Assembly: GCA_037142615.1 (NCBI GenBank)
Contig: JBAXAI010000017.1
Span: 13,437 to 77,436, forward strand
Source of the DNA: Spirochaetales bacterium
GTDB lineage: Bacteria; Spirochaetota; Spirochaetia; JABEVK01
Direction: 5' to 3'
DNA: 64,000 bases
A program made the translations under genes and the position numbers. The notes beneath the pieces were generated by a model. It did no database searches. It was given only the letters and a program-made list of their open reading frames with translations, and was not told the origin of the DNA. This document shows positions 39,482-49,436 of this stretch, in pieces (the first letter of the stretch is position 1; each line of letters opens with the position of its first letter).

Positions 39482-40672
39482 GTGATTTTTCACCTGGACC
39501 TCGATGCGTTCTTTGCGTCGGTGGAACAGCTCGATCACCCCGAATGGGTCGGCAAGCCGGTGATCGTAGGTGCGTTGCCGGGCCACCGGGGCGTGGTTTC
39601 CACCTGTTCGTACGAGGCAAGGGCTTTCGGCGTTCGGTCAGCCTTGCCGATTTCGAAAGCGTTTGCCCTCTGCCCGCAGGGGGTATTTGTAGCGCCGCAT
39701 TTTGGCCGCTACCAGGAACTCTCGCGGGCCGTGATGGAAATCCTGAGACAGCAGTCGCCGAGGTTCTGCCAGATGTCGATCGATGAGGCGTACCTGGACA
39801 TGCGCGGGATGGAAACGCTGATCGGTCCGCTCGAGGCTCACGCGGGTGCGCTCAAGAGGCGTATTCTCAGCGAAACTGGCCTCAAAGTGTCGGTGGGTAT
39901 CGCCCCCAACTGGTACCTCGCCAAAATCGCTTCCGACTTTGGAAAACCCGACGGACTGTTTGTGATCGAGCCCGACGACGTGGAGGCCTTTCTGGAGGCC
40001 TTGCCGCTGAAAAAACTGCACGGGGCCGGGGGCAAGACCCGTGAGCGCCTGGAAGAGGCAGGGTTCCGGAGCGTTGCAGCTTTGCGGCGGTTGAGCGCTC
40101 AAGCGCTGGAGGTGCTGTTGGGGCCTGGCGGCGGTAAGTTCGTTTGGCAGGCTTGCCGGGGCGAGGCGGACTACAACCCTTTCCGCGAGGCGCGCAGCCA
40201 CTCTATCTCGGCCGAAACAACCTTTGAGGAAGACACCGCCGACGAAGAGGTGCTGCTGGCCACGTTACAGAATCTATGCCAGGAAGTAGCCTTCCGCACC
40301 GCCTCTGAGGGCCTTGAAAGCCGCACACCGCACCTCAAATTGCGGTGGACCGACTTCACCACCGTCAGCGGACAAACCACGAGGGAGGCGCCGGTTTCTT
40401 CGTCGAGCGAACTGCTTCGGGTGGTCGAAGGTCTGTTCCGTTTGCGCTGGAAAAAGGGCCGCACGGTGCGACTGATCGGCGTCGGCCTGAGCAACGTGCT
40501 GCCGGCAGGCTCGGCGCGGCAGGAACTTCTTTTTGGCGACAGCAGCGAGGGTAACGACGCCAAGCAGGCCAAGGTGGAGAAGGCCATTGTGGAGCGGATG
40601 AAAAAAAAGCCCGGCGAACCGGGCATCACGAAAGCGAGTCTGTTGAAACCGGGCCGTGGGCCCAGGCCCTAG
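39482..40672 (+). CDS. dinB: DNA polymerase IV
   Basis: HLDLDAFFASVEQ, SYEARAFG, SIDEAYLD, LAKIASD, KPDG. Confidence 0.95.
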   Translation: MIFHLDLDAFFASVEQLDHPEWVGKPVIVGALPGHRGVVSTCSYEARAFGVRSALPISKAFALCPQGVFVAPHFGRYQELSRAVMEILRQQSPRFCQMSIDEAYLDMRGMETLIGPLEAHAGALKRRILSETGLKVSVGIAPNWYLAKIASDFGKPDGLFVIEPDDVEAFLEALPLKKLHGAGGKTRERLEEAGFRSVAALRRLSAQALEVLLGPGGGKFVWQACRGEADYNPFREARSHSISAETTFEEDTADEEVLLATLQNLCQEVAFRTASEGLESRTPHLKLRWTDFTTVSGQTTREAPVSSSSELLRVVEGLFRLRWKKGRTVRLIGVGLSNVLPAGSARQELLFGDSSEGNDAKQAKVEKAIVERMKKKPGEPGITKASLLKPGRGPRP

Positions 40673-40690
40673 TCACAACGAACAGGGTGA

Positions 40691-41146
40691 CTAAACGGCG
40701 AGTTCTTCCTTGGTGGGATCCCAGAACTGCCGGGCCTTGCCGTCGAGGATGGCCTGCAGGGTAAGGCTGGAAAAATACCCCTGGATCTTGTCGGCAGCAG
40801 CCTTCCAGACGTCGTAGGAAAGGCACTCATCCTGCTCGGTGCAGACGGGCGTTTCTTCATTGCACGAGGTGCAGGGAGTCAGGTCGAGCCCCTCACCGAC
40901 GGCATCGAAGATATCCTTGACCGACACCTTGTCGCGAGGCTTGTCGAGGGTAAAACCGCCCCCGGGGCCGCGAACCGAAGCGATGATCCCCGCCTTCTTG
41001 AGCTTAAAGAACAGTTGCTCCAGAAACTCGGGACTGATCTTTTGGTCGCCAGCAATTTCCTTGATGGAAATGGGCGACCCTTCGGAGTGTATTGTGAGGA
41101 ACAAGATTGCCTTGAGGGCATACCGTCCTTTGGTGGTGATCCGCAT
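40691..41146 (-). CDS. Rrf2 family transcriptional regulator
   Basis: MRITTKGRYAL, FLEQL, SVRGPGGGF, Cys-rich segment CTSC...C...C. Confidence 0.93.
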   Translation of the reverse strand: MRITTKGRYALKAILFLTIHSEGSPISIKEIAGDQKISPEFLEQLFFKLKKAGIIASVRGPGGGFTLDKPRDKVSVKDIFDAVGEGLDLTPCTSCNEETPVCTEQDECLSYDVWKAAADKIQGYFSSLTLQAILDGKARQFWDPTKEELAV

Positions 41147-41194
41147 AAACTGATTATGACACGGACAGTCATCAAAAGACAAGTGAAGATTGCG

Positions 41195-42391
41195 TCAAGT
41201 TCGTTGAAAGAGCACGGCGCGCCAGCCCCGGTACTTCTCGTCGCGTTGTTTGCGAAGTCCTTTGTGGGCCTCGAGAAAACGGGCCAAATCGGTTGAGGTG
41301 CCGTTGATCAGCAGGGGTGCTCCCGCGGGCAGCAGGTCCACCAGTGCCGTGCGGGCTTCGTCGACCCAAGGGACCTCTGGCTCGGAGTGTACCTGGAAGA
41401 CGGCACCCTGAACTTCGCCCAGTCTTCCGGCAAGGAACTGGGGTCCCGCGACCGGGTGAGTCACGGCCTCGGGCAACTGGCAGGCGGTGGCCCGGAGCGC
41501 CAGCACATCGTTGCCGGCCAGGTGCAGGGTTCCCCCCGGTGCCAAGGCCGAGGCCAGCAAGGTGGCGACGTGGCCCTGGACGGGTTCCCAAACAAGCAGT
41601 GAGGCGCGCTTCCAGATCGGCAGTGCCAGAAGGGCCTCACTGACCTTCCAGCGGTAGTCGAGGGCATCGAAGTTAGGAAGGCCGAAGTAGGTGTTCTGCG
41701 AGAAGGTTTTCGTCCCGACGGCGAAGGTCATGGTTCCTCTCAAGTAGGCCGCAGGGAACGGGGTTGCGGCTCCCTGGGGAACTTTTTTCGAGGGCCAGAC
41801 GGCTGGACGCCGGTAATGGAACACCCGGTAGGCAGGGCTCTCTTCAACGTAAACCACCTGAGCCCCGCAGTCGCCCAACACCTCGACGGCCCACGCAGCC
41901 AGGGTCGACACCAGGACGATCGCGACCAGCCCGCCGGGTGAGATCTGCTGCAAGGAGCGGCAAAAGAAGTCACGAAGGACGCGTTCACCGGCCTTGGCGG
42001 GCAGATTCGACACGATGAGGTCCCAACCGCCGCCGGGAACCGGGGTTTCGAGCAGCAAACCTGGCATTACCGCAACAGCGACGTTGTTGAGGCGGGCGTT
42101 TTCGGCGGTGAAGGCAACGGCAAGAACCAAACGGTCGGTCGCGGTGACCGCGAGGCCCGGTCGGTGGTGGGCCATGGCGACCGCCAAAGGGCCCACGCCG
42201 CAACCCGCATCCAGAGCGTTTCCCTGCACGGGGATGGCCTCCTGTTGGGCCAGCGTCTTGAGCAGAAGCATGGTGCCGTCGTCGATTCGGTTCGACGAGA
42301 ACAACGCGTGGCTGAGGTGAAACCGCATTTCGGTGCCCGAGAACTTCATGTTGACCGTGCGGGTCACAGCCCGCTCGGGAAAGGCGCTCAT
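41195..42391 (-). CDS. RsmC-like SAM-dependent methyltransferase with C-terminal extra domain
   Basis: LFSSNRIDDGT, LDAGCGVG, IVSNLP. Confidence 0.82.
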   Translation of the reverse strand: MSAFPERAVTRTVNMKFSGTEMRFHLSHALFSSNRIDDGTMLLLKTLAQQEAIPVQGNALDAGCGVGPLAVAMAHHRPGLAVTATDRLVLAVAFTAENARLNNVAVAVMPGLLLETPVPGGGWDLIVSNLPAKAGERVLRDFFCRSLQQISPGGLVAIVLVSTLAAWAVEVLGDCGAQVVYVEESPAYRVFHYRRPAVWPSKKVPQGAATPFPAAYLRGTMTFAVGTKTFSQNTYFGLPNFDALDYRWKVSEALLALPIWKRASLLVWEPVQGHVATLLASALAPGGTLHLAGNDVLALRATACQLPEAVTHPVAGPQFLAGRLGEVQGAVFQVHSEPEVPWVDEARTALVDLLPAGAPLLINGTSTDLARFLEAHKGLRKQRDEKYRGWRAVLFQRT

Positions 42392-43362
42392 GGGCGGAAG
42401 AGGTTGCCCAAGAAGCGCTCGGCTTCGGTCACGGCCTTGCCAAGCATCTGATTTCCCGCGTCGGCAGACCGGTTCAGGTCGGCCTTCCAGTCGTCGAAGG
42501 CCTCTTTGGCGTCGGTGGCGGGGTTGGGCGCTGCCTCGCCCTCGCGGGGGTAGGTTCCAGCCAGAATGGCGGCGTACGCTGGGTCGCGCGACCACCGTTC
42601 CAGTTCGGCCACCCTGGGCACCAGCAGAGGATGGCTGAGCTCGAGCACATTGAGCACCTTGTACAGGCTGTCGAGCAGGTCGGGCGCGGCGTCGTAGTCG
42701 GCGGCCTGCTTGAGCACTTCGGCTTCGTCGAGAAGACTCTCCTGGCCCGGATAGGCGATCCGCAGGAGCGCCCGTCGCGCAGCTTCCGGGTTCTGGCACA
42801 CCAGAGCACCGGCGCGATCGCAAGAGAGCTCACTCTTGCGCTCCCAGTCCTTGAGCGCGGCCACCAAAGGCAGGCGGACCCACTGCGAGGCCTGCGCCAG
42901 CGACAGCGACACGTTGGTGAGCAGCCACAGCACCGTGCGGTACACCATGTGTCCGGCCTTGATGTGGGCCAGTTCATGGCCGAGCACGGCCAGCAACTCG
43001 TCTTCGGTCAGTTCGCGGTAGAGTCCCGAGCTGACCACCAAGAACGGCTGGTCAAACCCGACGGCCATGGCATTAAGGCCCAGCCCCGGAGCCACGAAAA
43101 CTTCGGGAACGGGGCTGACGTCGAGCACACGGCAGGCTTCGGCGACGGCAGCGTGAAGCTGGGGAAACTGCAACGGGGTAGCCCGGAGCGATGATCCCAG
43201 CCAGTGCAAACGCAGGGCGCGGTCGGTGGTGAGGCCGCCCATGTTGGACAGGAACTCGGGAAGACCTGGAATGCCCCGGAGCAGCGAGAAGGCAGCTTTG
43301 TCGGCGGGATGTTCCCAGGCGCGGGGGGCGATGGCTTCGAGACGGACGCGTTGAGTGCTCAT
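42388..43362 (-). CDS. M48 family zinc metallopeptidase
   Basis: LNAMAVG, HELAH, ELSCDRAG, SHP. Confidence 0.92.
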   Translation of the reverse strand: MSTQRVRLEAIAPRAWEHPADKAAFSLLRGIPGLPEFLSNMGGLTTDRALRLHWLGSSLRATPLQFPQLHAAVAEACRVLDVSPVPEVFVAPGLGLNAMAVGFDQPFLVVSSGLYRELTEDELLAVLGHELAHIKAGHMVYRTVLWLLTNVSLSLAQASQWVRLPLVAALKDWERKSELSCDRAGALVCQNPEAARRALLRIAYPGQESLLDEAEVLKQAADYDAAPDLLDSLYKVLNVLELSHPLLVPRVAELERWSRDPAYAAILAGTYPREGEAAPNPATDAKEAFDDWKADLNRSADAGNQMLGKAVTEAERFLGNLFRP

Positions 43363-43426
43363 GAGGCTAGGGTACCCCTAATGCTGCGGGTTGGCAATTC
43401 CCTTCGCCTGCCGTTAGGATAGCACC

Positions 43427-44584
43427 ATGAAAACGTGGAACAGCCCTTGGGGCGATTTCGAGCTGGCGCGGGAACCCTACGACCGGGACCCGGCCCTTCA
43501 AGCCTGGAGCGCCGCCGATGCGCTTCTTGCCCGACACGCCCTCGAAACCCCAGAAAAAAAAGACACACCGTACGTGGTGTTCAACGACGCCTTCGGTGCC
43601 CTGACGGTGGTGCTGCGCAGTCAAGGTCGCTACGTCATCCAGGTTTCCGACTCAGCACTCAGCCAGCGTTGCACCTTGGTCAACCTTGACGCCAACAACC
43701 TCGACAACGCGCCCCTGCAACTGCTCGACAGCTTGACGGTGCCGGTCCTGAAGCCGGAGTCTCCGCCACCAGTGGTGCTGCTCCGCCTGCCCAAGACGCT
43801 GGCGCTTCTGGAGTATCAATTGCATCAGGTGCGGCAGTTTGCTCCGCTGGGAACCGTCGTCGCGGCCTCGGCGATGGCGAAAGATATCCACACCAGCACG
43901 CTCGAAACCTTCGAAGCGTTGTTGGGGCCCACCACGTCGAGCCTGGCCGAATCGAAGGCCCGGCTCATCCTGAGCACGCTGACCGACCAAGCGGTGGCGA
44001 AGAATCCCTACCCGACCCAATGGCACTTGCCGTCGTTGCACCTTCACCTGGTCAACCATGCGGCGGTCTTTTCGCGCGAAGGGCTCGACGAAGGGACCCG
44101 CCTGTTGCTGCAGCACTTTCCGAAGATTGGTCCCGAGATCAGGACCCTCGTCGACCTCGGCTGCGGCAACGGCATCTTGGGCTTGGTCGCGGCCCAACGC
44201 TCGGGGCGGATCGAGATCTTCTGTGTGGACGAGAGTTTCATGGCCACTTGCTCGGCCCGCGACAGTTTTCGGGCCAGCGAGATGGGAGGCAGGGCGCAGT
44301 TTTTGACCGGCGACGGTCTGGAAGACTTTGAAGCCCAGTCGGTTGACCTCATTTTGTGCAATCCGCCGTTCCACTTTCAAAACGCGCAGTCGCTCGAGGC
44401 GGCCTACAGCATGTTCGACGACGCCAAACGGGTGCTGCGACCGGGTGGTGAACTGTGGGTGGTGGCGAACAGGCATTTGGGGCACCACAAGGCGCTGGCT
44501 GAGCGCTTCCCGCAGGTACGCACCGCGGCGCTCACCGACAAGTTTATTGTTTTGCGGGCGGTGATGGCGATATCACCAGAGTGA
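43427..44584 (+). CDS. rlmG: 23S rRNA m2G1835 methyltransferase
   Basis: LQAWSAAD, NDAFGAL, LPKTLALLE, VFSREGLDEG, DLGCGNG, CNPPFH. Confidence 0.9.
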   Translation: MKTWNSPWGDFELAREPYDRDPALQAWSAADALLARHALETPEKKDTPYVVFNDAFGALTVVLRSQGRYVIQVSDSALSQRCTLVNLDANNLDNAPLQLLDSLTVPVLKPESPPPVVLLRLPKTLALLEYQLHQVRQFAPLGTVVAASAMAKDIHTSTLETFEALLGPTTSSLAESKARLILSTLTDQAVAKNPYPTQWHLPSLHLHLVNHAAVFSREGLDEGTRLLLQHFPKIGPEIRTLVDLGCGNGILGLVAAQRSGRIEIFCVDESFMATCSARDSFRASEMGGRAQFLTGDGLEDFEAQSVDLILCNPPFHFQNAQSLEAAYSMFDDAKRVLRPGGELWVVANRHLGHHKALAERFPQVRTAALTDKFIVLRAVMAISPE

Positions 44585-45650
44585 CGGTGTCGGTCGGTTC
44601 CAGGCCAGAAAGAACGACGGGTCCCGCCTCGGTGAGCAGTTGAGGAGCCTTGCCTTCGGACCTCAACACGAGCGACCACCCGGCCTCGCCCGAGGCGACA
44701 AAGGTCTGCAAACCGGTCGGATTTTTGGGCGCGGCGAGGTAAACCGCACCATCGGGTTGCCAGACCCAAGGCAAACGGTCGCCAGTCGCCCGCTCGGACC
44801 AAGTACCAGCCGCCAAGAAGGCACCGGGGGCGAGCTCGACCCCGGCCGCGAGCGCCAGCCGCGAGGCGAACACCCCGCCCGAGCGGGGCTCGGGGGGTCC
44901 GGGGGGAGCCAGCCACTGGCCAGCCAGAGGCAACCCCCGCCACACCAGAAACTGCGCCGGCAGACCTTCGGCGGCGCCCCAGCCCGCAGCAACCCAGCCC
45001 GGGGCCCCGATGTCGGGGTTCCAGAGCACCGCCGACAGCCGACCCGGGACAGGGCCGAGCACGGTTTCGTCGGCCGTTTCGACCAAAGGGAAGCCGTCGC
45101 CCGAACGCCCGGCCAGCGCGAGTTCACCCTCGGGACCAACGGCCACCGCAGCGTAGGTTCGGCCGTCGTCCCAAGCTTTGGACTGCGTTTTTTGCCCCGC
45201 CGACCAGAGTTCCCAGCGGGGGTGCGACGTGGTAGCGCCGTACACCAGCGCCAGCGCGTCGCCCTGGCGAAACAGCAAGTCGGGCCGTACCACCGAAAAG
45301 TCCTCGCGCTGCAGGCTCCGGTTCTTGATCGGAACTGACTCGCCTTCCTTGGCGGCCAGGCCCAGCTGAACCTCGAGCGTGAACGCCCGGACACGCTCTT
45401 CGCTCCCGAAGCCTTCGACCGAATAGCCCCACAGGTGCCATACCGGGTCTTTGTCGCCGCTCAGCTCGCCGCCGACCAAAATATCGTGACTCCAAGGGTC
45501 CGAGACCACGATTTTGGTGCCGTCTTTCCAGAGAAAAAGATGACCGGCACCGTCGGTGCCCGCCAGGTCGGGCAAAAGGGCCTTTTTGTCGGCCGCAGCC
45601 AGGGGGATCAGCGAGGTGGCCAAGAGCAGAAAGACGAGGGAGCGGCTCAC
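44544..45650 (-). CDS. Hypothetical exported protein
   Basis: Signal peptide after a GTG that overlaps the suhB stop; beta-rich sequence. Confidence 0.7.
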   Translation of the reverse strand: MSRSLVFLLLATSLIPLAAADKKALLPDLAGTDGAGHLFLWKDGTKIVVSDPWSHDILVGGELSGDKDPVWHLWGYSVEGFGSEERVRAFTLEVQLGLAAKEGESVPIKNRSLQREDFSVVRPDLLFRQGDALALVYGATTSHPRWELWSAGQKTQSKAWDDGRTYAAVAVGPEGELALAGRSGDGFPLVETADETVLGPVPGRLSAVLWNPDIGAPGWVAAGWGAAEGLPAQFLVWRGLPLAGQWLAPPGPPEPRSGGVFASRLALAAGVELAPGAFLAAGTWSERATGDRLPWVWQPDGAVYLAAPKNPTGLQTFVASGEAGWSLVLRSEGKAPQLLTEAGPVVLSGLEPTDTVTLVISPSPPAKQ

Positions 45651-46462
45651 CCCAGGTGCTCCCGCTGGTAGTCGCCCCAAGCGGGCAAAAGCGCCAGCAT
45701 TTGGGGGTGCAGGGCCCGAGTACCGCAGACCAACGCCGTCTTGCGCAGGGGCAGGGGTTGGCCAAGCGCGTCGCTGGTGAGGGCCCCGGCCGTGCGGGCG
45801 ATGTACTCACCGGCCGCGAAGTCCCACGCGTTGAGGCCGATCTCGAAGTAGCCGTCGATGCGGCCGGCGGCCAGGTAGCACAGATCGAGCGCCGCTGAGC
45901 CGAAACGGCGGATGCCCATGATGCCCTGGTCGTAGAACGACGAAATCGCGTTGAGCGTCAGGTCGATGTTCTTGCCCCGGTCGTAGTAGAAGCCGGTCAC
46001 CAGCAAGGCCTCGGGGAACGTGGCCACCTGCGACGCCCGGATGGGGCTGTCGTTCAAAAAGGCGCCCTGCCCTTCCACGGCCCAAAACGTTTCGTCGACG
46101 ACAGGGTTGCTCACTAAACCGAATACCGGCGCACCGTGGTGGTACACCGCGATCGAGCAGCTGAAGTAGGGAATGCCGCGCGAGTAGTTGGTGGTGCCGT
46201 CGATGGGATCGACCACCCACAGCCACTCGCTGTTGCGGCCGGCGTTGCCGGATTCCTCACCCAGAAAGTTGTGACCGGGAAACGCGTCGAGCACGGTGCT
46301 CGCAATCACCCGTTCGCTCTCTTCATCGGCCTCGGTGACCAGGTCGTTGGTGCGCCCTTTGTTGCGCACCTTGGTGCCTTCGCGCAGGCCCCGGAGCTGG
46401 ACCTCACGGGCGGCGGCGGCGGCTTTCTTGGCAACATCGGCGATTTCGTTTAAGCTGGGCAT
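45647..46462 (-). CDS. suhB: Inositol monophosphatase family protein
   Basis: DLVTEAD, GEE, WVVDPIDGTTNY, RRFGSAALDL, WDFAAG. Confidence 0.93.
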   Translation of the reverse strand: MPSLNEIADVAKKAAAAAREVQLRGLREGTKVRNKGRTNDLVTEADEESERVIASTVLDAFPGHNFLGEESGNAGRNSEWLWVVDPIDGTTNYSRGIPYFSCSIAVYHHGAPVFGLVSNPVVDETFWAVEGQGAFLNDSPIRASQVATFPEALLVTGFYYDRGKNIDLTLNAISSFYDQGIMGIRRFGSAALDLCYLAAGRIDGYFEIGLNAWDFAAGEYIARTAGALTSDALGQPLPLRKTALVCGTRALHPQMLALLPAWGDYQREHLG

Positions 46463-46510
46463 GTTCTGAGTCTAGCGTATTTTGCTGCGCTTCGAGGAGT
46501 CCCCCGCCCC

Positions 46511-47785
46511 ATGGCCAAAGTTCCCGCCCGTCTGTTTCACCTCCCCCTACTGTCGCTGGTGGGAACGCCTTGGCTCCACGATTCCGAAGACAAGAATTAC
46601 TGGGTCAGCTTTACCTGGGAAGGGACCCCGTTCCCGCTGACCGAACTGGGCGTGCTCGAAACCGGACGAACCTTCCACGTCAAGAACATGATAACCAACG
46701 CCGAGGGCAAGGCGAAGTTCCAGTTCAAGGGCATTCCTGAAAAGGCCCTCACCGCCGGCTTGAAGCTCTACGACGCCAGCTGGCCGATTCGCCACGAACG
46801 CAAGGCGTACCTCATCCCGCTGGGCGCCCAGAACCAGGCGCTGAACGCCGTCAAGGGCGTGCTCCAGGGCCGCCTGCTGGGCGAAGAAGGTGTCGAGGTC
46901 GACCTGCACAAACTCGACGCCGGCAGCGACAAGTTCCTGCTGGCCGTCACCGCGCGGCGGTTGCTGCCTTGTCTGGTGGGCCAGGTATACACCGTGGTTC
47001 CGGCCACCGGTGCCGCGTTCGACGCCGCCCTGCTCACCTGCGGCACTCTGGAACCGCGCGACCTGGCCGACTTTGTGAAGAAAGCCTTCCGGTTCCCGGG
47101 CCTGCCAACGGTGAACGCGCTGTACTCGATCAACCTGCGGGTGCACGGCTGGGTGGTGCTTCCGCCGTCGATGAAAGACGAGGAGTTCGAGGAGTCTGAG
47201 GGCGCCGGCGCCGTGCGCATCATGACCAAGGCTCTGGCCCACTTCACGAAGAAGGCCCGCAACGCGGCCGCGCAACCCGGGGGCATTGCCACGGCCGCGT
47301 TGACCGAGAAGATGGCCCTTCCACCGGCCGTGTTCCACTTTTTGAGCGAGTTCCTCGTGGGACGTGGCGACCTCAAGGTGGTTGACGGCTACTACCTGCC
47401 CACCGCCGACCCGCTCACCTACCTGAGCCCCATCGCAAAGAAGGCGCTTCAGCAGCTCGACGACGCGGGAGCCGCCGGTCTGGACGCAGCCAACGAGCCC
47501 AACGCCCTGTTTAAGCGCACCTACGGCGAGTTGGCCCGCATGGGGCTTGCCATCCAGACCGAGACCCCGTGGCTGTACAGCCTGACGGGTTGGGCGCAGC
47601 TCGCCGGGCAGCTCTGCGGGCCGGGAACCCTAGGCAAGACCTGGCAGATCGCCGACGTCAAGGACCTGCTGGGCATTACCCGCAAACCCATCCTCGGCCT
47701 GCTGAACAAGCTCGAGGAACAGGGCTATTTGGAACGCAAGGAAGACCACCGGTTGGTGGTGAAGGAACTCCAGCCCGCCCCATAG
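46511..47785 (+). CDS. Protein with SelB-type C-terminal winged helix, lacking a GTPase domain
   Basis: C-terminal VKDLLGITRKPILGLLNKLEEQGYLERKEDHR resembles SelB WH4; no P-loop. Confidence 0.65.
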   Translation: MAKVPARLFHLPLLSLVGTPWLHDSEDKNYWVSFTWEGTPFPLTELGVLETGRTFHVKNMITNAEGKAKFQFKGIPEKALTAGLKLYDASWPIRHERKAYLIPLGAQNQALNAVKGVLQGRLLGEEGVEVDLHKLDAGSDKFLLAVTARRLLPCLVGQVYTVVPATGAAFDAALLTCGTLEPRDLADFVKKAFRFPGLPTVNALYSINLRVHGWVVLPPSMKDEEFEESEGAGAVRIMTKALAHFTKKARNAAAQPGGIATAALTEKMALPPAVFHFLSEFLVGRGDLKVVDGYYLPTADPLTYLSPIAKKALQQLDDAGAAGLDAANEPNALFKRTYGELARMGLAIQTETPWLYSLTGWAQLAGQLCGPGTLGKTWQIADVKDLLGITRKPILGLLNKLEEQGYLERKEDHRLVVKELQPAP

Positions 47786-47791
47786 GAGAAC

Positions 47792-48067
47792 GTGATGCGC
47801 TGGTTTTGGCAGTCCGAAGACAACAACGCCCTGACCGAGAACGCGGCGTTCATAACGCTGGCCCAGATCGCCCGCGAGAATGACAGCGAGGCGTCGCGCA
47901 TCGTGCGCTCGCTGGTGGAGCGCCCCACTTCGGAGCGCGTGCTGCTGGTGGAAAAAGTGGCACGCCAGTTCGAGGCCGGGGGCGCCGACGCCCAGCTGGT
48001 GCAAGCCCTGCGGTTCCTGGCCCGCGACCCCGTGGCCGAGCGGCTACGGCAGCTGATGAACCCCTGA
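47792..48067 (+). CDS. Small hypothetical protein
   Basis: AGGAG RBS, helical 91-aa ORF directly after the SelB-like gene. Confidence 0.7.
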   Translation: MMRWFWQSEDNNALTENAAFITLAQIARENDSEASRIVRSLVERPTSERVLLVEKVARQFEAGGADAQLVQALRFLARDPVAERLRQLMNP

Positions 48068-49042
48068 CAGCCTGGCCTGCGCCTCGCGGTCGAGCAAGTC
48101 CTCGTAATCCCACGGGCGGTTGAAGCTCGGCGCCTGGTTCTCGCCCTCGCTTCCCGGCAAGTTCAAACTCCCATTTCCCAGAAGGGCTTCCCAGTCCACG
48201 GAAGCGTCGGCCAGCGACGCCAAAGCCGCCCGGGCCTCGATCACGGCCCGGTCAAACAGCTCGACGAAACTCTCGTGGCGGACTTGGCCCGAGACCGGGT
48301 CTTGCCACGGGCTGTGATCCAGATTGAGGAAGTCGAGCCCGGGCAACGCAATCGGGTGAAAGTAGTGCAGCGCACCGTGGAGGGCCCCCCGGGCCGCGTG
48401 TTCGGGGTTGCTCGGCGACGTGAAGGCCAAAAAGCCGCGCGTGTCGGCCACGGCGTTGCGCAGCCTCTGCTCCACATCGGCGCGGGCCGACAACTGGGGG
48501 AACACCTCGTGCAGGGCCTCGGCCCACGCAGGCCACAGGTCGGCAGGAAAGTCGGCCGGTCCCGGCAGGTCGTCTTGCCACGAGCACGAGACCAACGGAG
48601 CACCCGGCTCGGGCGAGCGGAGCTTCCAGAGCTCCACGTCGAGGATGCGCTCGAGGAACATGTGGGCGTGCTTGAGCCGGTCGGTGCGCGGGTCACCGGG
48701 CACCTTCCAGCCCGAAAAGTACACCACGAAAGGGTGGCCCTGGCGGTCGAGGAACCCGTGAGTGGCCATGCCCGCCAGCAGCGCCAGCCCCGGGTGGTCG
48801 GGGCCCCAGCCGCGCGCCAGGGCCTCGCGGCGGAAGCGCGACAAAAAGCTGCCCCACCCCCGCCGGTGCAGCCGCGTGCCGTAGAGGAACCCCGCCGGCT
48901 TGGTGCGCCGGTTGTGGTAGAACAGGTCGGGCCCTTGGCAACCCAGGCGGAAGGCCGGCGTGTGCGCGAGCCCGGCCAGTCTGACGGGAAGGGCCGAGGA
49001 CGCCGCGAGACCGTGCAGGATGTGGCTGAGCTGCGAAGGCAT
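48044..49042 (-). CDS. Zinc-dependent phospholipase C family protein
   Basis: N-terminal MP....H, LGCQGPDLFY, H...D...HP.V, H...E..LD. Confidence 0.85.
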   Translation of the reverse strand: MPSQLSHILHGLAASSALPVRLAGLAHTPAFRLGCQGPDLFYHNRRTKPAGFLYGTRLHRRGWGSFLSRFRREALARGWGPDHPGLALLAGMATHGFLDRQGHPFVVYFSGWKVPGDPRTDRLKHAHMFLERILDVELWKLRSPEPGAPLVSCSWQDDLPGPADFPADLWPAWAEALHEVFPQLSARADVEQRLRNAVADTRGFLAFTSPSNPEHAARGALHGALHYFHPIALPGLDFLNLDHSPWQDPVSGQVRHESFVELFDRAVIEARAALASLADASVDWEALLGNGSLNLPGSEGENQAPSFNRPWDYEDLLDREAQARLSGVHQLP

Positions 49043-49077
49043 GGTCCATGGTACCACACTTCGCCCTCCGGCCCGAG

Positions 49078-49106
49078 TTGACTTTTTTTTGGGCCCATGC
49101 TAAAAA
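49078..49106 (+). promoter_or_regulatory. tRNA promoter
   Basis: TTGACT-N17-TAAAAA with extended TG. Confidence 0.55.
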
Positions 49107-49117
49107 CTTCCCTGCAC

Positions 49118-49190
49118 GCCGCTGTAGCTCAGTTGGTAGAGCAGTGGATTGAAAATCCACGTGTCACCAGTTCGATTCTGGTCGGTGGCA
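49118..49190 (+). tRNA. tRNA-Phe(GAA), CCA not encoded
   Basis: Cloverleaf with GCCGCTG/CGGTGGC acceptor stem, AGTTGGTAGAGC D arm, TTGAAAA anticodon loop, GTTCGATT T loop. Confidence 0.97.
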
Positions 49191-49196
49191 AGCGTG

Positions 49197-49230
49197 AACC
49201 GCCCTTGGGAAACCAAGGGCGGTTTTTTTT
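49197..49230 (+). terminator. Intrinsic terminator after tRNA-Phe
   Basis: AACCGCCCTTGG-GAAA-CCAAGGGCGGTT followed by a T run. Confidence 0.92.
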
Positions 49231-49436
49231 GTTAAGGCGGGGTGTCGACGCCGTCGGGGTCTCGTTGGATTCTTTGGACCGACTTGCCCCCAAACCACAA
49301 GACTGAATGTCGAAACGCTGGAAAGCGTAGGCCCCAGTGACTCTGTCGACAGGAGTGCTTGTCCACGCTTGGGAGCCGACAATGGCTGGGGTCAGCGACC
49401 TTGTTCGACTTTTCCAGATGGGGTTGCATCCTTGAG

